Shown here: one piece after another, positions 51,784 to 64,000 of the stretch
Layout of the letters: the number at the start of each line of letters is the position of its first letter
How positions within the stretch are numbered: position 1 is the stretch's first letter
Assembly: GCF_006345805.1 (NCBI RefSeq)
Contig: NC_043004.1
Span: forward strand, 83,266,001 to 83,330,000
Reading direction: 5' to 3'
DNA length: 64,000 nucleotides
Origin: Octopus sinensis
Lineage: Eukaryota
Notes under the pieces: generated by a model
Seen by the model: the letters and a program-made list of their open reading frames with translations, nothing else
Told to the model about the DNA's origin: nothing
Database searches by the model: none
Made by a program: the position numbers and the translations under genes

Positions 51784-52737
51784 CGAGGGACGTTCAATAA
51801 GTAATGCCTCTGACCCACTTGCAGTTGTTTGATCTAGCTGAAATTTTGCATGTGCAATTATTCATATAGATTAAGTGGCAAATTACAGCTCTGAACTAAT
51901 TGTGGTTTCTGATTTACAGGTGTTTGAACTGAGTCAAGTGTGAAATGGAGGCTGTTGAGTGTCGAGCAGTGATCCGGTTTTTGTATTTGAAAGGACGCAC
52001 ACCACGGGAGACTTTTGATGAAATGAAAGTAACTTATGGTGATGATGTCCCATCATATGACCTTGTAAAACGATGGCATCGTGGATTCAAACATGGTTGG
52101 AACACTGTGGAAACAGCTCCCAGATCTGGTCGCCCCACCCCTTCTGCCATTGATGAGGCATCTGTCCGTCAAGTTGAGGCTGCCATTTTGGAAGATCGAC
52201 GCATAACTATTCGCCAAATAACCCATGAGGTCAAGATTAGTACCGGGTCTGTGGAAACTATCATTCATGACCATTTGCATATGCAAAAGGTGTCTGCCAG
52301 ATGGATTCCCAGGTTGCTCACACCTTTCCAGAAGCAAGAACGCGTCGAGTGCTTGAGGATGAATTTGGAGATGTGCCAAGAAGATGAGTCAAAATTTTTC
52401 AAAAGACTGATTACACAGGATGAAACCTGGGTCCATCACTATGATCCAGAGACCAAAGCCCAGTCAATGCAGTGGAATCACCGTGACTCACATCCTCCAA
52501 AGAAAGCAAGGGTGCAGCCCTCCGCTGGCAAGGTCATGCTCACAGTCTTCTGGGACCAGGACGGAGTAGTGATGACAGATTTCCTGACAAAGGGTCTTCA
52601 CAGCTGCATCAAACGATGGGAGAAATGCGGAGCTCTGGGTGGTTCCTATGTAGAAAAAGACTAATAACTTTGCCAAGTTTCGTTGCTGTACTGCTATGGG
52701 AAGTGGGTCAGGGTCATTACTTATTGAACGCCCCTCG
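51784..52737 (+). mobile_element. Internally deleted mariner (irritans-like), 954 bp, with intact inverted repeats and TA duplication
   Basis: ta|cgagggacgttcaataagtaatg ... cattacttattgaacgcccctcg|ta. Confidence 0.95.
51945..52664 (+). CDS. In-frame-deleted mariner transposase (239 aa)
   Basis: Retains the HTH region, WIPRLL, ITQDETWVHHYDPE and SAGKVMLTVFWD, then jumps to GLHSCIKRWEKC. The second and third catalytic Asp regions are missing. Confidence 0.8.
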   Translation: MEAVECRAVIRFLYLKGRTPRETFDEMKVTYGDDVPSYDLVKRWHRGFKHGWNTVETAPRSGRPTPSAIDEASVRQVEAAILEDRRITIRQITHEVKISTGSVETIIHDHLHMQKVSARWIPRLLTPFQKQERVECLRMNLEMCQEDESKFFKRLITQDETWVHHYDPETKAQSMQWNHRDSHPPKKARVQPSAGKVMLTVFWDQDGVVMTDFLTKGLHSCIKRWEKCGALGGSYVEKD

Positions 52738-52779
52738 TATCTTCCCATTTCATGTTGCAGATATTGCGAAGATAGCACA

Positions 52780-53020
52780 TATGTAAGGTTTAAATTTTGT
52801 TTATCTGTCTGTAGTAAGGAAATCCATGCTTCTCCCTCGTACAGAAATATGTCCAAAATACAAGATTTCTGTACACTTATTTTAATTTACAAATTGATGC
52901 CATGTTCATTTCACACAAGATTCGGAAGTTTTCGAAGACTACTTGTAGCCACAGATGTTCTAACTTTTGCTGCGTCATCAAGAATACTCTTAAATTTTAA
53001 TGTCAGAATAGCTACAAACT
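52780..53020 (-). mobile_element. Decayed RTE-clade LINE fragment
   Basis: Homologous to 50116-50345. Confidence 0.6.
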
Positions 53021-53381
53021 AATAAAAAAAAACAATACTAGTTATGAAAAATGACTGCAGATGGTTTACCTCAGTTGTCCTTTTGTCAAGTTTGGTTTAA
53101 CAATTACCAAAACAATATTTCAGCAGACGGATAAATATAAAAACACCTGGAAGCATTTTCGATTTGGCAGGTGACAAATGCTGACACTCTGTCATAATTA
53201 AGAACAAAATTGCAGTAATGTTAGATTAACTACAGCTCACAAAATGGTTTATTATAATTGTTGTTATTGCTCTCCTTTTCTCCAGAACGTGGAGACGGAT
53301 GAAATAGCATTAAGCATTTCGACCGGCATGCTAAAGATTCTGTCCACTCGCCGCCATGACAATAACTGTAATACTTAATAG

Positions 53382-53483
<102 letters not shown>

Positions 53484-53503
53484 TGATGATGATGATGATG
53501 ATA

Positions 53504-53538
<35 letters not shown>

Positions 53539-53608
53539 AATAATAATAATATTAATAATAATAATAAACTGACTGGAAGTGTTATCATGTACATTGTTTT
53601 GTCATGGT

Positions 53609-54075
53609 ATAAAAGATGGGCTACAGCAAATATTCTGCTCAATACCACAGATTTGCTTGTCAGTTGTTTGACCGTAACCAGTTGAGCATGTCCTTTAGTG
53701 GCTGACGATATGTGCATCTCTGATCACGAGCAGAAGTAGCGGGGGAGCATCATAGCCATGTGTTGACAGGGATTCTTTGGGGTTTGAATAATTCACCTCT
53801 GAAAACATGGGTGGTTCTTTCAACATCCTTAAACAACCCTTATTCAGGGACCTTTTGAGCGGGATGGGTTACTCGACCTGAAGAAAATTCTAACTGGGCT
53901 CCACCTGCAAGGTCATGTGCTGTTTATCTTGATATGAGATCGCCATGTCGCGCACATATGGTTGTGATGCATGTGCTTGGTGTACCTTTATCAGACGGGT
54001 AGTCATGATGGGTATATTGGGCTTCGTATATTTTACCCCAGTGTCACTTTGATGGCATGAACTGCTCTCTCACTC
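53609..54075 (+). mobile_element. ~470-bp (TAA)n-associated element, copy 2
   Basis: Matches the reverse complement of 17303-17776 and is flanked by (AAT/GAT)n arrays at 53380-53570 and 54076-54280. Confidence 0.8.
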
Positions 54076-54079
54076 AATG

Positions 54080-54152
<73 letters not shown>

Positions 54153-54235
54153 TAATAATAATGATGATGATGATGATGATAATAATAATAATAATGATGA
54201 TGATGATGATGACGATGATGATGATGATGATGATG

Positions 54236-54280
<45 letters not shown>

Positions 54281-54399
54281 GGAGTTCCAACAAAAACTGA
54301 GTTAAAAAGAACAGCAACAAGCATAATGGTTTGAAATTTTTGCCACTAGAGAAGTAGTTTTAGGGTGGGTGGATAGTGGGTTACATCCGCCCCATTTCT

Positions 54400-54785
54400 T
54401 GACTGATACTTAACTTATCGACCCCGAAAGGATGAAAGGCAAAATCGACCATGGACGAATATGGACGCATAACTTATCGGCAGACGAAATACCGCAAAGC
54501 ATTTCGTTCAGCGCGCTAGCGACTCGGCCGCCTTAACAACAACAATAATAATAATAATGTTAAAACTAATCCTTTATATTATAGGCACAAGGCCTGAAAT
54601 TTGGTGGGGAGGAGTTAAGTATATTACATCGACCCCACTGCGCTACTGGTACTTATATCAACGACTCCGAAAGTATGAAGAGTAATGTCGACCTCTGTGG
54701 AATTTGAACTCAGAACACGAAGATGGATGAAATAGCGCTAAGCCTTTCGCCCAGCATGCTAAAGATTCTGCCCACTTGACGCCTT
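54400..54785 (-). mobile_element. Two tandem SINE family B copies
   Basis: Repeated atcgaccccgaaaggatgaaaggc...gaatttgaactcagaac motifs. Confidence 0.7.
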
Positions 54786-54805
54786 CATAATAATAGTAAC
54801 ACTTC

Positions 54806-54862
<57 letters not shown>

Positions 54863-54899
54863 GTAATAATAATAATAATAATAATTTACAAATTGGTGA

Positions 54900-55260
54900 G
54901 TTTGATTCCAAGATCGTAAGGAAAGAGGATGAAACATTTTAAAAATTTCAGTTCCTTGAAATTTGAAATTGCCAGAATTTGGAGAATCAAAACTGTAAAG
55001 GTATTTTAGTAATTGGTGCATTGTAAACTGTAAGCAAAGATATAGAGAAATGGTTGAAGGAGATTGGAATTGAATGTCCTATGGTGCATCTACAGAAAGT
55101 TTGTCTCTTAGAGACAGGAAATATTATCTTGAGGATTCTAAGCACCTGAATGATTGAATGACTATTGAAAACTTGCGGGTGTCTAATTTTAGAGGAAGTG
55201 AATCACTGCACGTATAAAGCCTACCAGGAATAAGACTGAACCTGAGTCAAATCAATAACG
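54900..55260 (+). mobile_element. Decayed RLE LINE 3' end
   Basis: FEIARIWRIKTV...VIGAL..VSKDIEKWLKEIGIECPMVHLQKVCLLETGNII. Confidence 0.7.
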
Positions 55261-56072
55261 ATGATCCTCTCATCTAAAGGCACAAAGCCTGAACGTTGGA
55301 GGAGGCAGCTTGTCTATTTCATCCAGCTCAGTACTCACCTGGTACTTATTTTATCAACAGTAGAAGCATGAAATACTTAGTTGACATCGAACGGATTTGA
55401 TCTTAAAACATTCAGCATATAAAAATTAACGATTTTTTCAATACACTACTTTCAATGCTACACTGATTCTTTTTTTACAGTCCTCCAACATCAATACTCC
55501 ATTAACTCTAGTAATAATATACTATATGTTCCTAAGTCGGCATAAATATTGATAAATCTACAAAGACTTACGCAAATTACTGAGTCATATTTCAGTACTT
55601 TATTATGAGCTTAATTCTCACTCTCTAAGAAATTTACTTAAGCATGGCGAACTAATGATCAGATAAAATGAAAGATGCATCAATCTATAATGCCAGTGAA
55701 GCAGTGTGTGCTCACATTAACACTTTATGGATTACAGTATTACGAGTGGAATAGAATCGATTTGTAAATCCTACATATTAATACTAGAAGAGAACATCGA
55801 TAAATTAAACCTACGAATAACGAAACTGATATCTAAAATCTTGTACTTTTTTCAGTCATTGGACTGGGGATATGCTAGGGCATCATGTTGAAGATCCAGT
55901 ACTTATTTTAATATATAGGTACTTATTTTATTCCTAAATTAAGTGGATGTAAACAAAACAACTCTGGTTGTCAAGAAGTGGAAGGGGACAGATATAGAAA
56001 CAAATTTACACGCATGCTCACGCGCACGCATGCACGTACATACATTTATTTACATACATTTACATACATTTA

Positions 56073-56139
<67 letters not shown>

Positions 56140-56189
56140 GTATGTATGTATATGTGTATATAAATATATATATATATATATTGTTGTTG

Positions 56190-56455
56190 TTTGTTGTTTG
56201 TTCCTTCTCGAGACACGCCTGGCTCATTAGGGCCGGTTTCCCCGGTTTCCTTGGCGTATAGGTTCCCCACCTGGAGGGGACGCCGGTCCGTCGCAGGTGA
56301 GCTACAAGATTCAGGAGGAAAGAGTGAGAGAAAGTTGTAGCGAAAGTCTCAGCAGAAGTTCGCCATTACCTTCTGCCGGAGCCGCGTGGAACTTAGGTGT
56401 TTCACTCATAAACACACACATCGCTCGGTCTGAGATTCGAACACGCGATCCCTCG
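56190..56455 (-). mobile_element. SINE family C copy
   Basis: Homologous to 10752-11050. Confidence 0.75.
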
Positions 56456-56587
56456 ATATACGTACCCGTATATCAAAATGAGTATTGGAGCTTCAACATG
56501 ATGCCCCAGTATGTCCCCCAGCCCAATGACTGAAACAAGTACTAGATTTTAGATAAAGATTCGTTATTCGTAGTTTATATATATATA

Positions 56588-56963
56588 CTAGCAGTATTGC
56601 CCGCGTTGCTTGGGTTTGTTTCGACCCTTTAGAATTTAAATTTTTGAAAAGTAAAACTTTTGCATTATGTAGCTTGTTATTCTCTTTAAGTGAACATTTT
56701 TCTAGTTGAAATACACCGAAAAATGGCAACTCAGCAGTAAAAAAATCGTAAATAATAGGGATTTTCAAAGAAAAAAAAAACATCTTTTTGGTGTAAATAA
56801 TTTTTGGTGTTAACATGGTCCGATTTGAGTTTTTCTTCTATGGAATGAAAAGCAAGCCTTCTTCTAGCATACATTCAATTTTGGTCAACTTGCGCTGCAG
56901 GGTCTCGGAGGAGATAGTGTTAGTTGAAGGCTACCAAGCCTGTCATACACAGACAACTTCTGC

Positions 56964-56965
<2 letters not shown>
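56588..56965 (-). mobile_element. Small non-autonomous Helitron-type element
   Basis: The minus-strand 3' end cccaagcaacgcgggcaatactgCTAG|t sits inside (TA)n. Confidence 0.6.
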
Positions 56966-57038
<73 letters not shown>

Positions 57039-57303
57039 TGTGTGTGTATATACACATACATATACATATTCTTTTAAGTTTCGATCATTTGACTACGGCC
57101 ATGCTGGAGCACCAACTTTAGTCGAAGAAATCAACCCTAGGACTTATTCTTTGTTAGCCTAGTACTTATTCTATTGGTCTCTTTTTTGCCGAACCACTAA
57201 GTTACAGTGATGTAAACACACCAGCATCGGTTGTCAAGCAATGTTGGCAGTGACAAACACAGGCACACACACAAACGCGTATATATATTTTTCATTTTTA
57301 TAA

Positions 57304-60300
57304 TCTCTCTCTATATAAACGGCAGTTTGTCTGTCTGTGTGTCTGTGTGTCTGTCAGGTTGCACCCACACCCTGACCATGGCTTTCAACCGATTCTCATG
57401 AAACTTGAGACACACATAGCCCAATGTCATAATTCAAAACTAACGCAGCGAAAATTCTGAAAAGTTCCTCCAGTTCTGAAATAAATTGATAAATTCGACA
57501 TGGGGTCGAGAATCTAGGCTTTTTATATGCAACACATTTTCTGTTGTAGTTTTCGCAACTTGCAATCGATATTCACCAAACTCATGGTGAAGCCTAATGT
57601 TAACCTAAGAAACTTAATTCTGACGTTAGTTTTCCATGCGATACCTTACCATCAGAAAAAAATCAATAAAATCATGCCATTTTGGGAAATCGCGTTCAAA
57701 TTCAAGATGTCACATGTTCGACAATATCTTTTACAAATTGGCAGGAATTTTTTTTAAATTCCCAGCGAGCATCATGTCTGCTCCACCCTTTTTATTCCAA
57801 TAGGATACTTTATTACTGGGAAAAATCGGTTAATGAAATCATATGTGGCACACATAGCAAACCGATTTGTGTATTAAACACAAAACACAGACTGTCTAGG
57901 GGACGCAACTCGACCTTTTTAACTCTCTTACACTCCCAAATTACTATCAAACAGCTATCGATAATTCAACCCAACCAATTCCTATCTGGAAGAAATTACA
58001 TTCGAGACTTTACCCCCAACACCACCACTCTGCTAATAGCTGCTGCAGCAGCAAGTTATTCGAATATTTTTTTTGTTTAAACTTTCTCTATAACTACCAC
58101 CCCAAACGTTTTACCTTCAATTTTTGACGTCCCCTAAGGGTCATCGGACGCTACTTGCAAACTCTTGGATTATTATAAGCCACTTTTGTCGTGTGCACCA
58201 AAAAACCTTTTCCATTCGTTTGTTCAGTTTGGTCACTTTTGACTTTTTCGTTGTTGTCACTCAATTGCTACCCGCTTTTTTGCCGTTTTTGTACATTTTT
58301 ATACATTTTGGGATACTTACCCCACGTGTTCCTTTTTATTGCACCTTTGCCAAACACATTGCTATCCACCAAAATGCCACCCAAGAAGGGAAGGACACTC
58401 CTCAGCCCTCGGACGGCCAAGGCATCGGCTGCTAGGGCTAGAAGGCACGCAAGACCCAAGAGGAAACCGCCTTGCGCCTCTCGCAAAAAACTTCCCGTTC
58501 AGCCGCTGCTCAGGCATCTGAAACTACTAGCGACCGTTCTAGCCGACTTGCAAGGGCCGCAGCATACATATCTTCCCTCCGCTCGAGGTTGACGAAAGAG
58601 CAACAGTCCAGCCAAAACATGCGGGCTTCTTCCTGTGCTTCCATCCGCAGAGCTCGCGAGAACCCCAAACAAAGGGCCATGGGGAATGCGGCTAACGCCA
58701 CTAGCACCGCCAGGACACGATCTGTCGAAACCTCACAGCAGAGGAGAACTCGCCAAGCTGCTGCCGCCGCAAACACAGCCATGGCCCGATCTGCCGAAAC
58801 ACCTCAACAGAGGAGAGATCGCCAAGCTGCTAACGCCGCAAACACAGCCACGGCTCGATCTCCCATAACTCCATACCAACGAACTATTCGGACATCCAGA
58901 GATGCCATTAACACTGCTTCTGCTAAGGCTTCAGAGGGTGCTGAGGCGAGAGCTGAAAGGCATTCAAGGGATGCCACTGCTACCGCTGTCGCACGCGCAT
59001 CTCAATCTGCTGAGGCACGGCGCACTCGACTTGAGAGTATCAACCAACGTCGGGATATCATTCGTGGTGGTGTACGTATCCCTGCCCCCGTTTTCTGGTC
59101 GTCACTAGCATTCAACTACGACGCCACAATTAACTTCTCCTTGCGTGACGACATCAAGATAGGGTCAATGACAATTGTATGCCAGTTTTGTAAAAGCCAA
59201 GAAATGGCACGGAGAGCCACCTGGGTTTTGCTGCTCTGGTGGCAAAGTGGACCTGCCACCCCTACGGGAACCACCTCAAACACTGAAGGATCTCGCGGCG
59301 GGTTTAACCCCCGAATCGTCACAATTCCTTGAAATCATTCGAAAATACAACAGCTCAATCCAAATGACCTCTTTCGGTGCCAAAATTCCTCCTAGAGAAG
59401 GCTGGATGCCTACTTTTAAAGTGCAGAGACAGGTCTACAATCTTATTGGGTCACTTCTGCCAGACGAAATTCAGCAGTCTTCTTGCCTCCAAATCTACTT
59501 CATTGCCGACTACAACCAGCAGGTTGATGCACGCCTTGGAATAATACCGGGTACATGCTATGTTCCCCGCAAATACGTTCTTCTCCGTCTCTAAACCATG
59601 CTTCATGATATCAACAGCTACGTCTGCAGCTTCAGGTATGCCTTGGACACTGCTCCGTCTCCAAACTTCACCGTTGTCATTGATGCTGATAAACAACCCC
59701 ACAGGGAGCACGAACGCCGTTTCAACGCACCTGCGTGCAACGAAATTGCCGCAGTCTTACACAGAGAGCAACACAACAGCCGTGACATAATCATCTCCTC
59801 CCGTGGTAACAGCCTAGACAGGATCAGCGAGACTCACAGATCTTAAGACGCGCTTCAGTATCCATTGCTTTTCCCTTATGGGGAAGACGGCAACCACTTC
59901 GGAATTCCTTTACGGCAGCCCTCCAATCAAACTACTGCGGCATCAAAGACGGTTTCCTGCAGGGCGTTCTACTCATACCGGTTCATGGTCAGGGAGGGTA
60001 AGTTCAACTTATTGCCCCGTTGTCGTCAAATATTCAACCAGTTCGCCGTCGACATGGCCGCGAAAATGGAATCGGAAAGGCTGCTATACCTTAAACTTAA
60101 TCAGACCAAACTTCGCTCCGACTCCTACATTCATCTCCGTGACGGCTTGCAACGAGAAAATGACCCTCGCAACATCGGCAAGCCATGCATTCTACCCTCC
60201 ACCTTCACGGGAGGACCGCGATATATGCGTGAAAGGACCCAAGACACCTTGACCTACGTGCGCATTTACGGCCGGCCGGACCTCTTTATCACCTACACGT

Positions 60301-63300
60301 GCAATCCCAACTGCGACGAAATCACTCGCGAACTCCTCCCGGATCAGAATCACACCCATCGACACCACATCGTTGTAGGGTTTTCCGTCTGAATTTGGGC
60401 AAAATGATGGATTTGATAGTTAAGGGTCAGATTTTCGGGCATGTCTGGTGCCACATGCTTTCGGTCGAGTGGCAAAAGAGGGGCTTGCCACATGGTCACA
60501 TCTTAATTTGGCTAACTAATGAAATCGACACTAATGACATTGACTAATTCATTTCCGCCGAGATTCCTGACCCCGATGAGGACCCCGAACTGTACGAAAT
60601 TGTCCGCACTACCATGGTACACGGGCCCTGTGGACCAAATTACGCCAACACACCATGCTGCAAAAACGGATAAGCCTGCTCAAAGGGATTCCCTAAACGG
60701 TTCACTTCGGAGACTCAAACAGGCGGCGATGGGTATCCGCTGTACAAACAAAGGAGTCCAGCCAATGGAGGCCGCACGACTACGGTTGGGCGACATCAAG
60801 TGGACAACAGCTACGTTGTCCCCTACTGTCCTCTCCTGTCGAAGATATTCAAAGCCCACGTCAACGTTGAGTCCTGCAGCTCCATCAGGTCAATACAATA
60901 TTTCTGCAATTATATCAACAAGGGCAGCGATGCTGCCATGTTCAGCATCCAGAGGTCCATCAGTCGCGACGAAGTGTCCAACTACTTGGTAGGCCGGTAC
61001 CTCAGCAGCAACGAAGCGTTTTGGCACATTTACGGCTTCCCGCTCCATCAGAGACACCCGGCTATGGTGCAGCTTTCTGTACACTTGGAAAATGGACAGC
61101 GGATTTACTTCACATAGCAAACTGCTGCGCAGGTAGCCACCAAACCTAAAGACACAACGTTGACCGGTTTCTTCAAATTATGCCAACCTGATGACTTCGC
61201 TCGAACGCTTTTGAACCCCCAGGTCCCATCGTACTTCGTGTGGTATAACAACACCTGGGTTCGACGGAAATCCGGCAAAAACGTCGAAGGCTTCCCAGGT
61301 GTCAAGTTTGACTCCTGCCTGGGTCGAGTTTACAACATCCCGCCAAACCAGCAAGAATGCTTCTACCTCCGACTCCTTCTACATGAGGTCACTGGTCCAA
61401 CAGGTTTCGGCAATATACGTACCGTCAATGCGGTTCAGTGCGACACCTTCAGGGAAGCATATATAAGACTTGGCCTTCTAGAGGATGACTCCCAGTGGGA
61501 CGCCACTATGGCAGAGGGCGTTTTACTGCAAACGCCTTCGGCCCTACGACATCTTTTCGCAATCCTTCTTCAAAAATGTCAGCTTAGTGACCCACTAAGT
61601 CTCTGGATGAAATTCAGGGATGATATGTCGCAGGACTTCTCACGTACGGCTCAGCAACACAGCCCTTCCGTCGAGATCACGTTCACCAACTTCATTTACA
61701 ATTTTGCGCTTATTCAACTCGAAGACGCTGTCATCGATATGGGTGGCCCTGCTTTAACGGAGTACGGCCTTACACCACCCACACGTGAACACGCCAATGT
61801 TATATCTGCTAGATTGTTACGCGAAACTTCCTACTGCATTGAGGAACTGCACCAGTACGTCCAAGATAATGAACCACGACTGCTTCCAGAGCACCGCATA
61901 GCCTACAACACCATCGTAGATTCTGTCAGACAGCAACGTGGGGGGATATACTTCCTTGACGCACCTGGTGGCACAGGCAAAACCTTCGTCACGAAACTAA
62001 TTCTGGCGGAGGTCAGACGCAACACGGACATTGCCCTGGCTGTAGCTTCCTCTGGTATCGCGGCCACGTTGCTTCCGGGTGGCAGACCCGCTCACTCTGC
62101 CTTCAGACTCCCGCTCGATCTGGCAAAGTCCAACTCACCTATCTGCAACATCGCCAAGAACTCAGAACAGGCCGACATTCTGCGCAGATGCAAACTCATC
62201 GTATGGGACGAGTGCACTATGGCACACAAAGGCGCCCTCAGGCACTGGTCAGGTCCCTGCAAGACATCAGAGACTCTACGGCCCCCATGGAAGGATTGAC
62301 TTTACTTCTTTCTGGAGACTTCAGGCAGACTCTACATGTTATTCCAAAATGAACCCGTGCCGATGCCGTACGCGCGTGCCTTAAGTCGTCAGCTCTTTGG
62401 GCACATGTGCGGCCCTTGCACCTCCAAACTAAGATGCGCGCGCAGTTGATTGGTGACAGCGGATCCGCTGCATTCTCCAGGGATCTTTTATCGCTCGGTT
62501 AAAATACGATGCCGGCTGATGCGGATGGCTGCGTTCAATTGGACTCACTTTGCACCACTGTCAACACCCCTGCTAGCCACTGGGACGCTGTCTTCCATGA
62601 CCTACAAAACAATTTACGCGACCTAAAATGGCTGGCAGGCAGAGCTATTCTCGCACCCAAAAATACAACCGGCAACTCCATCAATATCCAGCTACTTGAA
62701 GTTATTCCTGGTGATGTCCAGGTCTACAAATCTATAGATAGGACAGCAGACCCCGCCGAGCTTGCCGATTATCCTGCTGAACTCCTGAATTCACTTGAAC
62801 CGTCAGGCCTGCCGTCACACATCCTGAAGTTAAAGGTCGGTGCGCCCATTATGCTCATCAGGAATATGGTTCCACCAAAACAGTGCAACGGCACACGTCT
62901 GGTTCTGAAACATTTGGCACCACATTCAATAACTGCCACAATACTTACCGGTTGTGGGAAGGGAGTGGACGTCTTCATTCCACGCATGCACCTTCAACCG
63001 TCGGGCGCTGACCTACCAATGCACCTCAGGCGTTCTCAGTTTCCTGTTAAACTCTGCTTCGCAATGTCCATCAATAAATCCCAAGGCCAAACGCTACAAG
63101 TCGCTGGGTTACATTTGGGCGAACAGTTCTTCGCCCACGGTCAACTCTACGTGGGCTGTTCACGCGTTGGGAGGCGCAATGTTGTTTTCATGTTTTCGCC
63201 CAAAGGGACAGCTAGGAACATCGTATACACAGAGGTATTCGAGTGAAGAGAAGACATTGCAACCTACACATGCGCCTTCGTTCCCTAGAGGGAAAGGACT

Positions 63301-63368
63301 AGAATGGGATCAGTCGTTGCCTACTTGGGGCTCTTACATACCCGGGCAACGCCGGGCTATGCTATTAG
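57304..63368 (+). mobile_element. Helitron copy 2 (6.07 kb, near full length)
   Basis: A|TC 5' end at 57304; hairpin cccgggcaacgccggg plus TTAG|T (CTAG variant) at 63365-63368. Confidence 0.95.
58374..63246 (+). pseudogene. Rep/PIF1-helicase pseudogene with an N-terminal 23-aa repeat array
   Basis: Same motifs as copy 1 plus EWQKRGLPH and HGQLYVGCSR, with frameshifts and stops. Confidence 0.95.
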
Positions 63369-63502
63369 TATATATATATATATATACAATAATATGTTAC
63401 ATTACTCGATAGTCAAGATAAAACTCTGAGTTTAAGATGCCGAAGTTTCAGATCCTCACAGAAAACCAGCCGCTGAGGTTCAGGCCTTCTATTTTTATCT
63501 GG

Positions 63503-63539
<37 letters not shown>

Positions 63540-63637
63540 TAAAACGGTAAAATAACAAAAGAAAGAAAGAGACCTCAATATTATGTAAATAGAGGAAATT
63601 TATCTATACAATAATATGTTACATTACTCGATAGTCA

Positions 63638-63697
63638 AGATAAAACTCTGAGTTTCAGATGCCGAAGTGGGAATCCACGACATCTCTTCGGTTATCT
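63638..63697 (-). ncRNA. Type-I hammerhead-like motif (family H3) in a 222-bp partial tandem repeat
   Basis: agataa CCGAAGA gatgtcg-tggattcccactt-cggcatc t GAAA ctc-a-gag tt ttatct: 6-bp stem I, 7-bp stem II and a near-palindromic stem III. The core has U4C and one extra U. Confidence 0.55.
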
Positions 63698-64000
63698 GGC
63701 TATTTGAAAACGCTATGAAAAAATACCGTTATACAAAGGGAAATTACTGTGTTATAACTCTGCTTGCCTGCGTACTTATACATCGCTCGCATTTTTCGCC
63801 ATAAAAATTATATAAAAATACATAAAAAATATATAAAAAATATATAAAAATATATAAAATGTATGATAGAAGGTGTGATGAGGTAAAAAAAACCTTTCAT
63901 TAACTGGATAATATCCTTCCTAAACGATCTTGTGCTGGTCCATTTGTATTAGCTGTTAAGACCTTACTTTTCAGTGAGAACGCAAAGTGGGTAAAAAACA

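Overview
AT-rich, microsatellite-dense eukaryotic genomic DNA. The SINE and microsatellite repertoire looks like a coleoid cephalopod (Octopus-like); this is inference, not a database result. The main non-repeat content is a minus-strand tandem pair of gustatory-receptor-like (GRL / 7TM ion channel) genes that the ORF track shows only in fragments. GRL-A can be assembled completely from canonical splice sites: exons 14301-13279, 10372-10304, 9169-9080 and 5689-5630, three phase-0 introns, 413 aa, TM7 ending TFTVYCLQ, AATAAA 47 nt after the stop. GRL-B has intact 3' exons (22492-22412 tentative, 21827-21738, 17236-17186), but no intact large first exon is visible in the window. An intronless plus-strand gene (35728-36714) encodes a secreted 328-aa protein with 18 mature-chain cysteines and an internal two-domain repeat. 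The rest is mobile DNA: two defective Helitrons of one family with a 23-aa STPR-like repeat array, a nest of R4/Dong-type (TAA)n-associated LINEs at 44.7-55.3 kb, mariner, Chapaev3-like, RTE, CR1 and Penelope remnants, and several tRNA-derived SINE families. Five type-I hammerhead-ribozyme-like motifs and a ~260-bp foldback are also present. All alignments and folds were done by eye; repeat boundaries are approximate unless termini are quoted.
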